Below, piece after piece: positions 30,729 through 40,035 of a stretch of DNA of 64,000 nucleotides. This DNA is from a virus. Lineage: Duplodnaviria > Caudoviricetes. The notes beneath the pieces are model-generated. The model saw only the letters and a list, made by a program, of their open reading frames with translations. It searched no databases and had not been told where the DNA came from. Location: the IMG/VR virus record IMGVR_UViG_3300044645_001661; one strand, given 5' to 3'. Within the stretch, counting starts at the first letter, position 1. Each line of letters starts with the position of its first letter. The translations under genes were made by a program, and so were the position numbers.

Positions 30729-31955
30729 ATGTCTCGTGGTAAAAATTTACAAGAAATGGAAGCAGGCACTAAGCAATCCAGAACCGCTGTCAATGCTGGT
30801 GCAAAGGCAGGGGATGCAATGCAGAAGCTAGCACCTGGAGCAGTTGCTGGCCAAACTGGCAGCTGGGAAGATCTTGGTGGTCCTACTCCAGAAAACTATC
30901 GTTCTGACGATAGCTCTGCAGAGTTAAAGACTCCAGGAAAAACTTTACAACAAGTAAAAAATATTGTAAATAAAGGTGCTAAGGCTGCTGATCCAATGAA
31001 GGGTCTTAAAAAAAGTGAAGCAGTAAAGGAAGATGAGGATCTAGAAGACGAAGATCTAATTGAAGAAGAAATTGAAGAAGATAATGAATTTGATGAAGAA
31101 ATTGAAGAAGAAGTAGTTTCTGAAGCTTCTAAAGAAGAAGAAGACGAAGAAGAGGAAGAGGAAGAAGAGGAAGATGATGAGGAAGAGGAAGAGGAAGACA
31201 AGAAAATGAAGAAAGAAGAGTTTGACATCGAAGAAGATGTCAATGCTCTTTTAAATACTGGCGATGAAGAAGAACTCTCCGAAGAGTTTAAAGAAAAAGC
31301 AAAAGTAGTTTTTGAATCTGCACTCAGATCAAAAGTCTCTGAAATCAAGGAAGAACTTGAAGTTCAATATGAGCAGAGACTTATTGAAGAAGTAGATGCT
31401 ATTAAGGCATCACTTGAGGAAAGAATTGATTCTTACCTTGAGTATGTTTCTGAAGAGTGGATTTCAGAAAACGAATTAGCAATTGAGCACGGTCTCAAGA
31501 CCGAAATGACCGAATCATTCCTTCAAGGAATGAGAGGTCTTTTTGAAGAACATTATGTATCAATCCCTGAAGATAAATATGATGTGTTAGAGAGCATGGT
31601 AGAAAAACTTGATGACATGGAGACAAAACTCAACGAGCAAATTGAGAAAAATATCCATCTAAACAATCGTCTCGCAGAGTCGGTTGCAAATGGAATCTTT
31701 GATGAAATTTCTGAAGGTCTAGCACTATCTCAGAAAGAGAAGCTCGCTTCACTTGCCGAAAGTGTTGAGTTTGAAGGTGACGCAGAATATCGTGAGAAAT
31801 TGGAGACTTTGAAGGAATCATACTTCCCTTCAAGATCTACATCTCCACAGGCAAAAACTGAAACACTTTCTGAAGGAGTAGACGTTGCAACTGAGTATCA
31901 CTCAGATTCGATGAATGCTTACCTGAGAACTCTTTCAGCAGTTGCTAAAAAGTGA
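30729..31955 (+). CDS. gp22: Prohead core scaffold protein gp22
   Basis: EDLGGPTPENYR, long acidic tract, LSEEFKEKAKVVFESAL, YLEYVSEEW, KLETLKESYF; lies between gp21 and gp23. Confidence 0.92.
   Translation: MSRGKNLQEMEAGTKQSRTAVNAGAKAGDAMQKLAPGAVAGQTGSWEDLGGPTPENYRSDDSSAELKTPGKTLQQVKNIVNKGAKAADPMKGLKKSEAVKEDEDLEDEDLIEEEIEEDNEFDEEIEEEVVSEASKEEEDEEEEEEEEEDDEEEEEEDKKMKKEEFDIEEDVNALLNTGDEEELSEEFKEKAKVVFESALRSKVSEIKEELEVQYEQRLIEEVDAIKASLEERIDSYLEYVSEEWISENELAIEHGLKTEMTESFLQGMRGLFEEHYVSIPEDKYDVLESMVEKLDDMETKLNEQIEKNIHLNNRLAESVANGIFDEISEGLALSQKEKLASLAESVEFEGDAEYREKLETLKESYFPSRSTSPQAKTETLSEGVDVATEYHSDSMNAYLRTLSAVAKK
31075..31200 (+). repeat. Low-complexity GAA/GAG poly-Glu/Asp tract inside gp22
   Basis: Encodes EEEDEEEEEEEEEDDEEEEEED. 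Confidence 0.8.
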
Positions 31956-32009
31956 ATTTAATATTATTCAAATAAAACACAATTACACTTAGAAAAAGGT
32001 AAAAAGCAA

Positions 32010-33419
32010 ATGTTCCAATCCGAGCATCTGCAGGAAAAGTGGGCACCACTTCTCGACTATGATGGTCTTGATCCTATCAAAGATTCACATAGAAGAGCTG
32101 TAACCGCTGTCCTGCTCGAAAACCAAGAAAAATTCTTAAGAGAGCAATCTGCTTTCTCAAATGGTCTATTAACCGAAACCCCAACCAATGCAGGTAATGC
32201 TGCTGGTGCATCTGGTGGTTTTTCAGGTTCCGCAACTGCAGGTGGTCCTGTAGCAGGTTTTGACCCCGTTCTGATCTCTCTGATCAGACGTGCAATGCCT
32301 AACTTAGTTGCATATGATCTTGCTGGTGTTCAGCCAATGAGCGGTCCTACTGGACTCATCTTTGCAATGCGTTCACGCTACAACGATCAGTCTGGCACCG
32401 AATCCCTGTTCAACGAAGCAGATACTGCATTCTCTGGTCAGAATTCTGGTATCGGTCTAACCGCAGCATCTGACGTTACTGCTGGTATGGGTACTACTAC
32501 CCAGTATGGTTCAAACCCAGGTCTTCTTAACCCTGTTGGTACTGGTGCATCCACTGGTTCTGCTGGTTATAACGTTGGTCAGGGTATGTTCACTGGAGAT
32601 TCTGAGAATCTCGGTAACGGTGCTGAGAACCAGTTTAACGAAATGGCATTCTCAATCGAGAAAGTCCTCGTTGAAGCAAAGTCAAGAGCACTCAAAGCTG
32701 AGTACTCCTTAGAACTCGCACAAGACCTCAAGGCAATCCACGGTCTAAACGCAGAAGCAGAACTTGCTAACATTCTCTCTACTGAGATCCTCGCTGAGAT
32801 CAACAGAGAAGTTATCAGAACCATCTATAAGGTTGCTGAGCAAGGTGCTGCTGTTAACACTGCTACCGCTGGTGTATTTGACCTTGACGTTGACTCCAAC
32901 GGTCGTTGGTCAGTTGAGAAGTTCAAGGGTCTCCTCTTCCAGATCGAGCGTGATGCTAACGCAATCGCACAAAGAACTCGTAGAGGTAAGGGTAACGTTA
33001 TCATGTGTTCTGCTGACGTTGCTTCTGCTCTCAGCATGGCTGGTGTACTAGATTACACCCCTGCTCTGAATGCAAACCTCAACGTTGACGACACTGGTAA
33101 CACCTTCGCTGGTGTTCTTCTCGGTAAGTTCCGCGTATATATCGATCCATATTCAGCAAACGTATCTGCTAACCAGTACTACGTTGTTGGTTATAAGGGT
33201 TCTTCCCCTTATGATGCAGGTCTGTTCTATTGCCCTTACGTTCCTCTCCAAATGGTTCGTGCCGTTGGTGAGAACACCTTCCAGCCTAAGATTGGCTTTA
33301 AGACCAGATACGGTCTTGTTGCTAACCCATTTGCTGAAGGAACCACTCAAGGTCTCGGCAGACTTCAAGTTAACGCAAACCGTTACTACAGAAGAGTTCA
33401 AATCAAGAACCTTATGTGA
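32010..33419 (+). CDS. gp23: Major capsid protein gp23
   Basis: DPVLISLIRRAMPNLVAYD..GVQPM.GPTGLIFAMR, KSRALKAEYSLELAQDLKAIHGL, FQPKIGFKTRYG; LLTE prohead-protease-like site near the N-terminus. Confidence 0.98.
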   Translation: MFQSEHLQEKWAPLLDYDGLDPIKDSHRRAVTAVLLENQEKFLREQSAFSNGLLTETPTNAGNAAGASGGFSGSATAGGPVAGFDPVLISLIRRAMPNLVAYDLAGVQPMSGPTGLIFAMRSRYNDQSGTESLFNEADTAFSGQNSGIGLTAASDVTAGMGTTTQYGSNPGLLNPVGTGASTGSAGYNVGQGMFTGDSENLGNGAENQFNEMAFSIEKVLVEAKSRALKAEYSLELAQDLKAIHGLNAEAELANILSTEILAEINREVIRTIYKVAEQGAAVNTATAGVFDLDVDSNGRWSVEKFKGLLFQIERDANAIAQRTRRGKGNVIMCSADVASALSMAGVLDYTPALNANLNVDDTGNTFAGVLLGKFRVYIDPYSANVSANQYYVVGYKGSSPYDAGLFYCPYVPLQMVRAVGENTFQPKIGFKTRYGLVANPFAEGTTQGLGRLQVNANRYYRRVQIKNLM

Positions 33420-33441
33420 TCACTGGTCACATTTATCAAGG

Positions 33442-33465
33442 GGGACCCGAAAGGGTCCCTTTTTT
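33442..33465 (+). terminator. Intrinsic terminator after gp23
   Basis: GGGACCC-GAAA-GGGTCCC stem with GNRA loop, followed by TTTTTT. Confidence 0.9.
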
Positions 33466-33468
33466 ATT

Positions 33469-33475
33469 CTAAATA
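33469..33475 (+). promoter_or_regulatory. Late promoter variant CTAAATA
   Basis: Directly after the terminator, 11 nt before the gp3 ATG. Confidence 0.55.
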
Positions 33476-33486
33476 GTTAAAAAACC

Positions 33487-34050
33487 ATGGCAGTCGGAAA
33501 CGCTTTTAGTAACCAAATACAAAATAGAAACTTTTTATCTTCTGTAGGTTTTAAGTTTACATTAACTAGGGCACGAAAAGTTTCATTTTTCTCCAATTCT
33601 GCAAATGTTCCAGGATTAAGTCTTGGTGTTGCTCAACAACCAACATATTTAAAGGATATTGATATTCCTGGAGATAAGATGGTTTTTGAAGATTTTAATC
33701 TTAGATTTATTGTCGATGAAAATCTTGAAAATTACATGCAAATTCAAAATTGGATGAGAGGTCTTGGTTACCCAGAATCATTGAACGAAATTTATAAATT
33801 ACAAAAACAAGAAACCAATTTGAATACTTCTTTGACTAAACAAATGAACATTTATTCAGATGGCACTTTACAAGCATTGAATAGTAATAATCGTGTTCAA
33901 TTTGAAGTTGTATTTAAAGATATGTTCCCATATTCATTATCTGCTTTAGAATTTGATTCTACAAATCCAGATGTTGAATACTTTACAGCAGAAGTATCAT
34001 TCAAGTATACTATCTACAATATATTAGATGCTAGTGGAAATAAACTATGA
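33487..34050 (+). CDS. gp3: Tail completion/sheath stabilizer gp3
   Basis: NRNFLSSVGFKF, ANVPGLSLG, FIVDENLENYMQI.NWMRGLG, SLSALEFD. Confidence 0.85.
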   Translation: MAVGNAFSNQIQNRNFLSSVGFKFTLTRARKVSFFSNSANVPGLSLGVAQQPTYLKDIDIPGDKMVFEDFNLRFIVDENLENYMQIQNWMRGLGYPESLNEIYKLQKQETNLNTSLTKQMNIYSDGTLQALNSNNRVQFEVVFKDMFPYSLSALEFDSTNPDVEYFTAEVSFKYTIYNILDASGNKL

Positions 34051-34484
34051 TCATTGACCTTGAAATGATTCAAAAAATGTGGGAAGAAGATTCTAAAATT
34101 GACATGGATAATTTACATACAGAATCAACAAACATTCCAGTTTTACATGCAAAATACTTTGACTTATATAACAATATTATTCTATTAAAGAAAAAAGCAG
34201 AGCAGCAGAGAAAAAATATTAGGCATGAGAGATATGAATATTTTACTGGTAAAGCAGATCCAGATGTTTATATAGAAAATCCATTCCCCAAAAAAATTAG
34301 AGACAAAGATACTTTACAAAAATATCTAGATGCTGATGAGAAATTGTCTCAAATTAGTTTAAAAATAGACTATTACGAAACTGTTATAAATTACTTAGAG
34401 AGTATTCTTAAAGTAATTCAGAACAGAACTTACCAAATTAAGAATGCCATCGAATTTTTAAAATTCCAGGCAGGTTATGGTTGA
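34047..34484 (+). CDS. uvsY: Recombination mediator UvsY
   Basis: WEEDSKID.DNLHTES..IP.LHAKY, YLDADE, IQNRTYQIKNAIEF; upstream of uvsW. Confidence 0.85.
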   Translation: MIIDLEMIQKMWEEDSKIDMDNLHTESTNIPVLHAKYFDLYNNIILLKKKAEQQRKNIRHERYEYFTGKADPDVYIENPFPKKIRDKDTLQKYLDADEKLSQISLKIDYYETVINYLESILKVIQNRTYQIKNAIEFLKFQAGYG

Positions 34485-35949
34485 TAAATTTGATCTAATA
34501 ATTTCTAAATCCAACGAAGTTTATTTAAAAATAGAATGTGAACCACACATTGAATATGAACTTCGTGATCACTTTAAATTTGAAGTACCGAATGCAAAAT
34601 TCATGCCCCAATATAGGGGCAGAAATTGGAATGGGGAAATTCATCTATTCGACATGAGAACCAAGCAGCTCTACATAGGTCTGTTGGATAGATTAATTTC
34701 TTTTTGTAAAAACTATGGATATAATTATAAATTTGTAGAGAATAAATTCTATGGATTACCTTTTGAGGTAAACGAAGAAATTACTCTTGAAGGCGTTAAA
34801 GGATATATGCAATCTATTTGTTCTCATTCTCCGAGAGATTATCAAATAGATGGAGTATGTGATGCGTTAAAGCATAATCGAAGACTATTGATAAGTCCCA
34901 CAGCATCAGGCAAATCTCTGATGATTTATTCTCTAGTAAGATACTATGTGAGTAAACACGAAAAAATACTTTTAGTTGTTCCAACGACATCTCTTGTAGA
35001 GCAAATGTACAAGGATTTTCAGGATTATGGTTGGGATGCTGAGTCATACTGTCACCGAATTTATTCTGGTAGAGAAAAGACAAACGAACATCCTGTTACT
35101 ATTACTACTTGGCAATCTGTATATAAATTGGAACGTTCATTCTTTGAAGATTATGGTGTAATTATAGGTGATGAAGCTCATTTATTCAAGAGCAAATCAC
35201 TTATTGAAATCATGACTAAACTTCATCATGCAAAATATAGATTTGGATTTACTGGAACTTTAGATGGAACACAAACTCATAAATGGGTTCTTGAAGGTTT
35301 ATTTGGACCATCATATAAAGTTACAAGAACTGCAGAATTAATGGAAAAAGGACATGTATCTAAATTAGATATTAGATGTCTTGTATTAAAGCATACTCCT
35401 CAAACTTTTGAAACCTATGAAGATGAGGTTCAATTTATTATATCTCATGAAAAAAGAAATAATTTTATTAAAAATTTAGCTTTAGATTTAAAAGGTAATA
35501 CTCTTATATTATTTTCTAGAGTTGAAAGTCATGGACTTCCTTTATACGAACTAATTAATAAAAACAAAAAAGAAAATCGTAAAGTATTTTTTGTTCATGG
35601 AGGAATTGATACTGAAGAGAGGGAACAAGTTAGAGAAATAACAGAACGAGAGGATGATGCAATTATTGTTGCTTCATATGGTGTATTTTCTACTGGAATA
35701 AATATTAGAAACCTCCATAATGTTATTTTTGCATCCCCAAGTAAATCTAGAGTTCGCAATCTTCAAAGTATTGGTAGAGTTTTAAGGAAGGGTAAAAATA
35801 AAACAAAAGCAATGCTTTATGATATTTCCGATGATTGCACTCACAAGTCAAGAAAAAACTACACGTTAAATCATTTAATAGAAAGAATTAAAATTTATAA
35901 TGAAGAAAACTTTAACTACGAAATAATTACTATCAATTTAGCACAATGA
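34477..35949 (+). CDS. uvsW: SF2 helicase UvsW
   Basis: SPTASGKS, IIGDEAH, GFTGT, ASYGVFSTGINI, LQSIGRVLR. Confidence 0.95.
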   Translation: MVDKFDLIISKSNEVYLKIECEPHIEYELRDHFKFEVPNAKFMPQYRGRNWNGEIHLFDMRTKQLYIGLLDRLISFCKNYGYNYKFVENKFYGLPFEVNEEITLEGVKGYMQSICSHSPRDYQIDGVCDALKHNRRLLISPTASGKSLMIYSLVRYYVSKHEKILLVVPTTSLVEQMYKDFQDYGWDAESYCHRIYSGREKTNEHPVTITTWQSVYKLERSFFEDYGVIIGDEAHLFKSKSLIEIMTKLHHAKYRFGFTGTLDGTQTHKWVLEGLFGPSYKVTRTAELMEKGHVSKLDIRCLVLKHTPQTFETYEDEVQFIISHEKRNNFIKNLALDLKGNTLILFSRVESHGLPLYELINKNKKENRKVFFVHGGIDTEEREQVREITEREDDAIIVASYGVFSTGINIRNLHNVIFASPSKSRVRNLQSIGRVLRKGKNKTKAMLYDISDDCTHKSRKNYTLNHLIERIKIYNEENFNYEIITINLAQ

Positions 35950-36347
35950 TGGAAGAAGATTTTTATGCAACAATTAAATTAAAAAATGGAGAAGAAATAT
36001 ACGCAAAAGTATCTCCATGTTTTGAAGAACATAAAACTATGCTTTTAGTAACAAATCCAATTACTGTTTCTGAAGTAAAAACAAGAGCTGGTGTTTCTGG
36101 ATATAAATTAGAATCTTGGTTAAAAACAAGTAAAGATGATATGTTATTAATTGATATGAATGATGTACTAACAATTAGTGAATCTAAAGATATTGATATG
36201 ATCATCATGTATCAAAATTATGTAAGACAGTCAAAAGACTATGGGAGTGACTATCCAAGTAGAAAAAAGATTAATAGAAAAATGGGATATATCTCTAATG
36301 TTAATGATGCTAAAGAGATATTAGAAAAGCTCTATAAGAATAGTTAG
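35946..36347 (+). CDS. Hypothetical protein between uvsW and gp55
   Basis: 133-aa ORF coupled to uvsW; the N-terminus looks like a small beta-barrel (IKLKNGEEIYAKV...NPITV). Confidence 0.75.
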   Translation: MMEEDFYATIKLKNGEEIYAKVSPCFEEHKTMLLVTNPITVSEVKTRAGVSGYKLESWLKTSKDDMLLIDMNDVLTISESKDIDMIIMYQNYVRQSKDYGSDYPSRKKINRKMGYISNVNDAKEILEKLYKNS

Positions 36348-36375
36348 ATATATTATTTTCAAACCTAACAAAGGT

Positions 36376-36404
36376 ATTCTATCGATATTCTGAGGTAGTG
36401 TCAA
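36376..36404 (-). promoter_or_regulatory. Antisense sigma70-type promoter TTGACA-N17-TAGAAT
   Basis: Plus strand shows ATTCTA at 36376-81 and TGTCAA at 36399-404 with a 17-nt spacer. Confidence 0.65.
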
Positions 36405-36406
36405 GT

Positions 36407-36435
36407 TTGTAGTTATTTTCCATAGATGGTATAAT
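36407..36435 (+). promoter_or_regulatory. Sigma70-type promoter for gp55 (TTGTAG-N17-TATAAT)
   Basis: TATAAT at 36430-35 preceded by TGG; TTGtag lies 17 nt upstream. Confidence 0.6.
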
Positions 36436-36463
36436 TGATATACATATTAAATTAGGTATTCTT

Positions 36464-36961
36464 ATGATAACTACAAATACTATGACTAAAAGAAAAAGGT
36501 CAGTTCATTATGTTAACAATAAAGATTTTTTGGCAGCATTGATTGAATATAAAAAAGAAATTGCTGCAGCTCAAGATAGAGGAGATCCAAAACCACGAAT
36601 AACGAATTACTTAGGAGAATGCTTCTTAAAGATCGCAACTCACCTATCTTTTAAACCTAATTTTGTCAACTATATTTTTAAAGATGACATGATTTCTGAT
36701 GGTATTGAAAATTGTGTTCAATACATTCATAATTTCAATCCAGAGAAGTCACAAAATCCATTTGCTTACTTTACTCAGATTATTCACTATGCATTTCTGA
36801 GAAGAATTCAAAAGGAAAAGAAGCAGTTGGAGATTAAGAATAAAATTCTTGAAAGAACTGGATATGATGAAGTCTTCTTTGATGACAATCATATTGACGG
36901 AATGAATTATTCTGACTATAATAGTATTAAGGATAGTATTCATTCTAAAACAAGGTACTGA
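36464..36961 (+). CDS. gp55: Late-transcription sigma factor gp55
   Basis: HYVNNKDFL, YLGECFLKIATHLS.KPNF.NY, DMISDGIENC, NPFAYFTQIIHYAFLRRIQKEKKQ. Confidence 0.95.
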   Translation: MITTNTMTKRKRSVHYVNNKDFLAALIEYKKEIAAAQDRGDPKPRITNYLGECFLKIATHLSFKPNFVNYIFKDDMISDGIENCVQYIHNFNPEKSQNPFAYFTQIIHYAFLRRIQKEKKQLEIKNKILERTGYDEVFFDDNHIDGMNYSDYNSIKDSIHSKTRY

Positions 36962-38001
36962 TGCGTGTAGCAATAATTACAGACCAACATTTTGGTGCTC
37001 GTAAAAACTCTAAATTATTTCATGATTATTTTTTAAAATTTTATAATGATGTATTTTTTCCTACAATAGAAAAGGAAGGAATAACAACAATTATTGATAT
37101 GGGGGATACCTTTGATAGCCGAAAGGGTATTGACTTTGCTGCTTTAGCATGGGCAAAAGATAATTATTATGATAAATTGGAGTCTTTAGGATGCCAGGTT
37201 TACACGGTAGTTGGAAATCATACAGCTTATTATAAGAATACCAATCAATTAAACGCTGTTGATTTGCTTCTAAGAGAATATAAGAATGTGAGGGTAATAT
37301 CTGAATCTGAACATATTAAAATAGGGAAACAAAATATATTGTTTATTCCATGGATAAATTCTGAAAATGAAAAAATTACTTATGATGTAATTAATAAAAG
37401 TAATTCTAAAATTGCAATGGGTCATTTAGAATTGAATGGATTTTCTCCCTATAAGGGTCATATAATGACATCTGGGCATGATAGTCAAATATTCGATAAA
37501 TTTACTAGAGTATTTTCTGGTCATTATCACACTAGATCAAATAACGGGAAGATATATTATTTGGGAAATCCTTATGAATTATATTTAAATGATTATAATG
37601 ATACTAGAGGATTTCATTTATTGGATTTAGATACTTTAGAATTAACATCTATTGATAACCCATATAGAATGTTTTATTCTATCTTTTATGAAGATACTGA
37701 TCCTCAATTATTTGATGCTAGGCAATATGAAAATAAAATAGTAAAGTTGATTATTAGAAAAAAAACTGACCCTAAAAAGTTTGATAAATTTCTAGATAAA
37801 TTATATTCGGCAAATATTGCAGAAATTAAAATAGTAGAAAGTTTTAAAATAGAAGAAGAAATCCAAATAGATGAATTGGAATCTGAAGATACGGTTTCTT
37901 TACTTAATAGATACGTTGAAGATTCTGATCTAGTGTTAGATAAAAACATACTTAAAGGAATTATTCAAAATATATACAAAGAGGCTTGTGAGATGATTTA
38001 A
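36961..38001 (+). CDS. gp47: Recombination nuclease gp47 (SbcD/Mre11-like)
   Basis: Metallophosphoesterase motifs ITDQHFG, DMGDTFD, VGNH, GHLE, SGHYH. Confidence 0.93.
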   Translation: MRVAIITDQHFGARKNSKLFHDYFLKFYNDVFFPTIEKEGITTIIDMGDTFDSRKGIDFAALAWAKDNYYDKLESLGCQVYTVVGNHTAYYKNTNQLNAVDLLLREYKNVRVISESEHIKIGKQNILFIPWINSENEKITYDVINKSNSKIAMGHLELNGFSPYKGHIMTSGHDSQIFDKFTRVFSGHYHTRSNNGKIYYLGNPYELYLNDYNDTRGFHLLDLDTLELTSIDNPYRMFYSIFYEDTDPQLFDARQYENKIVKLIIRKKTDPKKFDKFLDKLYSANIAEIKIVESFKIEEEIQIDELESEDTVSLLNRYVEDSDLVLDKNILKGIIQNIYKEACEMI

Positions 38002-38271
38002 ATGTTTATTCTAACAATAGAAGGAAAAGAAGACGAAGGTGCCTATTCTGTAATAAATGAAGATGGAGAGCAAATACTATATCTTTTTGAACAAGAAGAT
38101 GATGCAGTTAGATTTGCTATGATGTTAGAAGAAATGAATTATCCATCTATGCACGTTATTGAAATTGATGACGATATCATAATAAAAACTTGTGAAATGA
38201 ACGATTATCAATATGCAATAATTACTGAAAACGATATTGTAATTCCCCCTCAAGAAAATGATCTTATTTGA
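38002..38271 (+). CDS. Small acidic hypothetical protein between gp47 and gp46
   Basis: 89-aa ORF filling the gap and overlapping the gp46 start. Confidence 0.7.
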   Translation: MFILTIEGKEDEGAYSVINEDGEQILYLFEQEDDAVRFAMMLEEMNYPSMHVIEIDDDIIIKTCEMNDYQYAIITENDIVIPPQENDLI

Positions 38272-39967
38272 AAAAATTAAGTATAAAAACTTTTTAAGTA
38301 CTGGAAATCAATTTACAGAAGTATCTTTTGTAGGAAGTCCAACTACTTTAATAATTGGAAATAACGGTGCTGGTAAAAGTACCATGTTGGACGCCCTGAC
38401 TTTTTCTTTGTTTGGTAAATCCTTCAGGGGTGTAAATAAACCACAATTAATCAATTCTATAAATGAGAAAGATTGTGTTGTAGAAGTTGAATTTACAATT
38501 GGATCTAATAAATGGAAAGTTGTTAGAGGAATTAAACCATCTATATTTGAAATTCATAGAAATGGTAAAATTTTAAATCAAGACTCTGCATCAACTGATC
38601 AACAAAAATGGTTGGAACAAAACGTTCTTAAAATGAACTATAAGTCTTTTACTCAAATTGTTATTTTGGGTAGTAGCAGTTTTGTCCCTTTCATGCAACT
38701 TTCTGCTGCCCATCGCAGAGAAGTAATTGAAGATCTACTTGACATTAAAATTTTCTCGTCAATGAATACTTTAGTTAAAGAAAAGATTCGTTCTGTAAAG
38801 GATGAAGTTAAAGTTCTTGAATTAAAAAAAGAATCTTTTCAAGATAAAGTTAATATGCAAGAAAATTTTATTGAAGAACTTGAAAATCGTGGTAAAGAAA
38901 GTATTAAAAATAAAAAGGAAAAGATTTCTCAACTTCTTAATGAAGAAAAAGATTTAATTGGTGTATCTGAGGCAAAAACTGAAGAAATTCAACTAATACA
39001 AAAGCACTTAGAAACTTATATTGGAGCAACAGACAAACTTCGTAAGTTAGGTAATTTGAAAGGTAAAATATCTCAAAAGGTATCTACCATTACTAAAGAA
39101 CATAAGTTTTTTACAGAGAATACGGTTTGTCCTACCTGTACTCAAGATATTGATGAGACTTTCAGAATAAATAGAATTAACGACGCTCAAAATAAAGCAA
39201 AAGAGTTGCAATCTGGTTATCAAGAACTAGAGCAGGCAATTAAAGAGGAAGAAGAGCGAGAGCGTCAATTTACCGCTCTATCTACTGAAATCACAGAACT
39301 AACGAATGGCATTTCTCAAAACAATACTAAGATCTCTGGATGCCAAAGACAAATCCGAGATCTTGAAAATGAAATTCAAGTTATTACCAAGAACCTTGAG
39401 AATAGAAATTCTGAACATGAGAAGTTAGAAGAATACAGGAACAATCTAACTGATATACTAAATGATTTAGATTCTATAAAACAAAAAATTAATTACTATG
39501 ATTATATCTACAGTCTTCTAAAAGATGGTGGTGTTAAAACAAAAATTATTAAAAAATATTTGCCACTCATTAATCAGCAAGTAAATCGTTATTTGCAAAT
39601 GATGGATTTTTATATTAACTTTAATTTAGATCAAGAATTTTCTGAATCTATTAAATCACCAATTCATGAAGATTTTTCATATACTTCTTTTAGTGAAGGT
39701 GAAAAAATGAGAATTGATCTTGCTCTTCTTTTTACTTGGAGAGAAATTGCTAAAATAAAAAATTCTTTAAACTGCAATATTATAATTTTTGATGAAACAT
39801 TTGATTCTTCCTTAGATGGATTTGGTACAGATGAATTTTTAAAGATTATTAGATATGTAATCAAAGATGCAAATGTATTTGTTATTTCTCATAAAGAAGG
39901 TATGAGAGATAAATTTAACAACGTAATTAGATTTGAAAAAATAAAAGGATTTAGTAGGGCAGTTTAA
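38258..39967 (+). CDS. gp46: Recombination ATPase gp46 (SbcC/Rad50-like)
   Basis: GNNGAGKST, CPTC zinc hook, coiled coils, signature FSEGEK, Walker B/D-loop IIFDETFDSSLD. Confidence 0.95.
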   Translation: MILFEKIKYKNFLSTGNQFTEVSFVGSPTTLIIGNNGAGKSTMLDALTFSLFGKSFRGVNKPQLINSINEKDCVVEVEFTIGSNKWKVVRGIKPSIFEIHRNGKILNQDSASTDQQKWLEQNVLKMNYKSFTQIVILGSSSFVPFMQLSAAHRREVIEDLLDIKIFSSMNTLVKEKIRSVKDEVKVLELKKESFQDKVNMQENFIEELENRGKESIKNKKEKISQLLNEEKDLIGVSEAKTEEIQLIQKHLETYIGATDKLRKLGNLKGKISQKVSTITKEHKFFTENTVCPTCTQDIDETFRINRINDAQNKAKELQSGYQELEQAIKEEEERERQFTALSTEITELTNGISQNNTKISGCQRQIRDLENEIQVITKNLENRNSEHEKLEEYRNNLTDILNDLDSIKQKINYYDYIYSLLKDGGVKTKIIKKYLPLINQQVNRYLQMMDFYINFNLDQEFSESIKSPIHEDFSYTSFSEGEKMRIDLALLFTWREIAKIKNSLNCNIIIFDETFDSSLDGFGTDEFLKIIRYVIKDANVFVISHKEGMRDKFNNVIRFEKIKGFSRAV

Positions 39968-39980
39968 AAAGTGGCACAAT

Positions 39981-40006
39981 GATCGTCTAACAGGCGATCT
40001 TTTTTT
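39981..40006 (+). terminator. Hairpin plus T-run after gp46 (terminator-like, embedded in a promoter cassette)
   Basis: GATCGTCT-AAC-AGGCGATC followed by a T-run. Confidence 0.6.
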
Positions 40007-40035
40007 GTATTATATGCTCACACGAAACAAATCAA

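Noticed and set aside
30896-31348. Poly-Ser minus-strand ORF
   Set aside because: It is the antisense reading of the gp22 poly-Glu tract.
33415-33431. TGTGA...TCACA resembling a CRP site at the gp23 stop
   Set aside because: The spacer is 7 nt rather than 6, and it lies just before a terminator; at most a small RNA hairpin.
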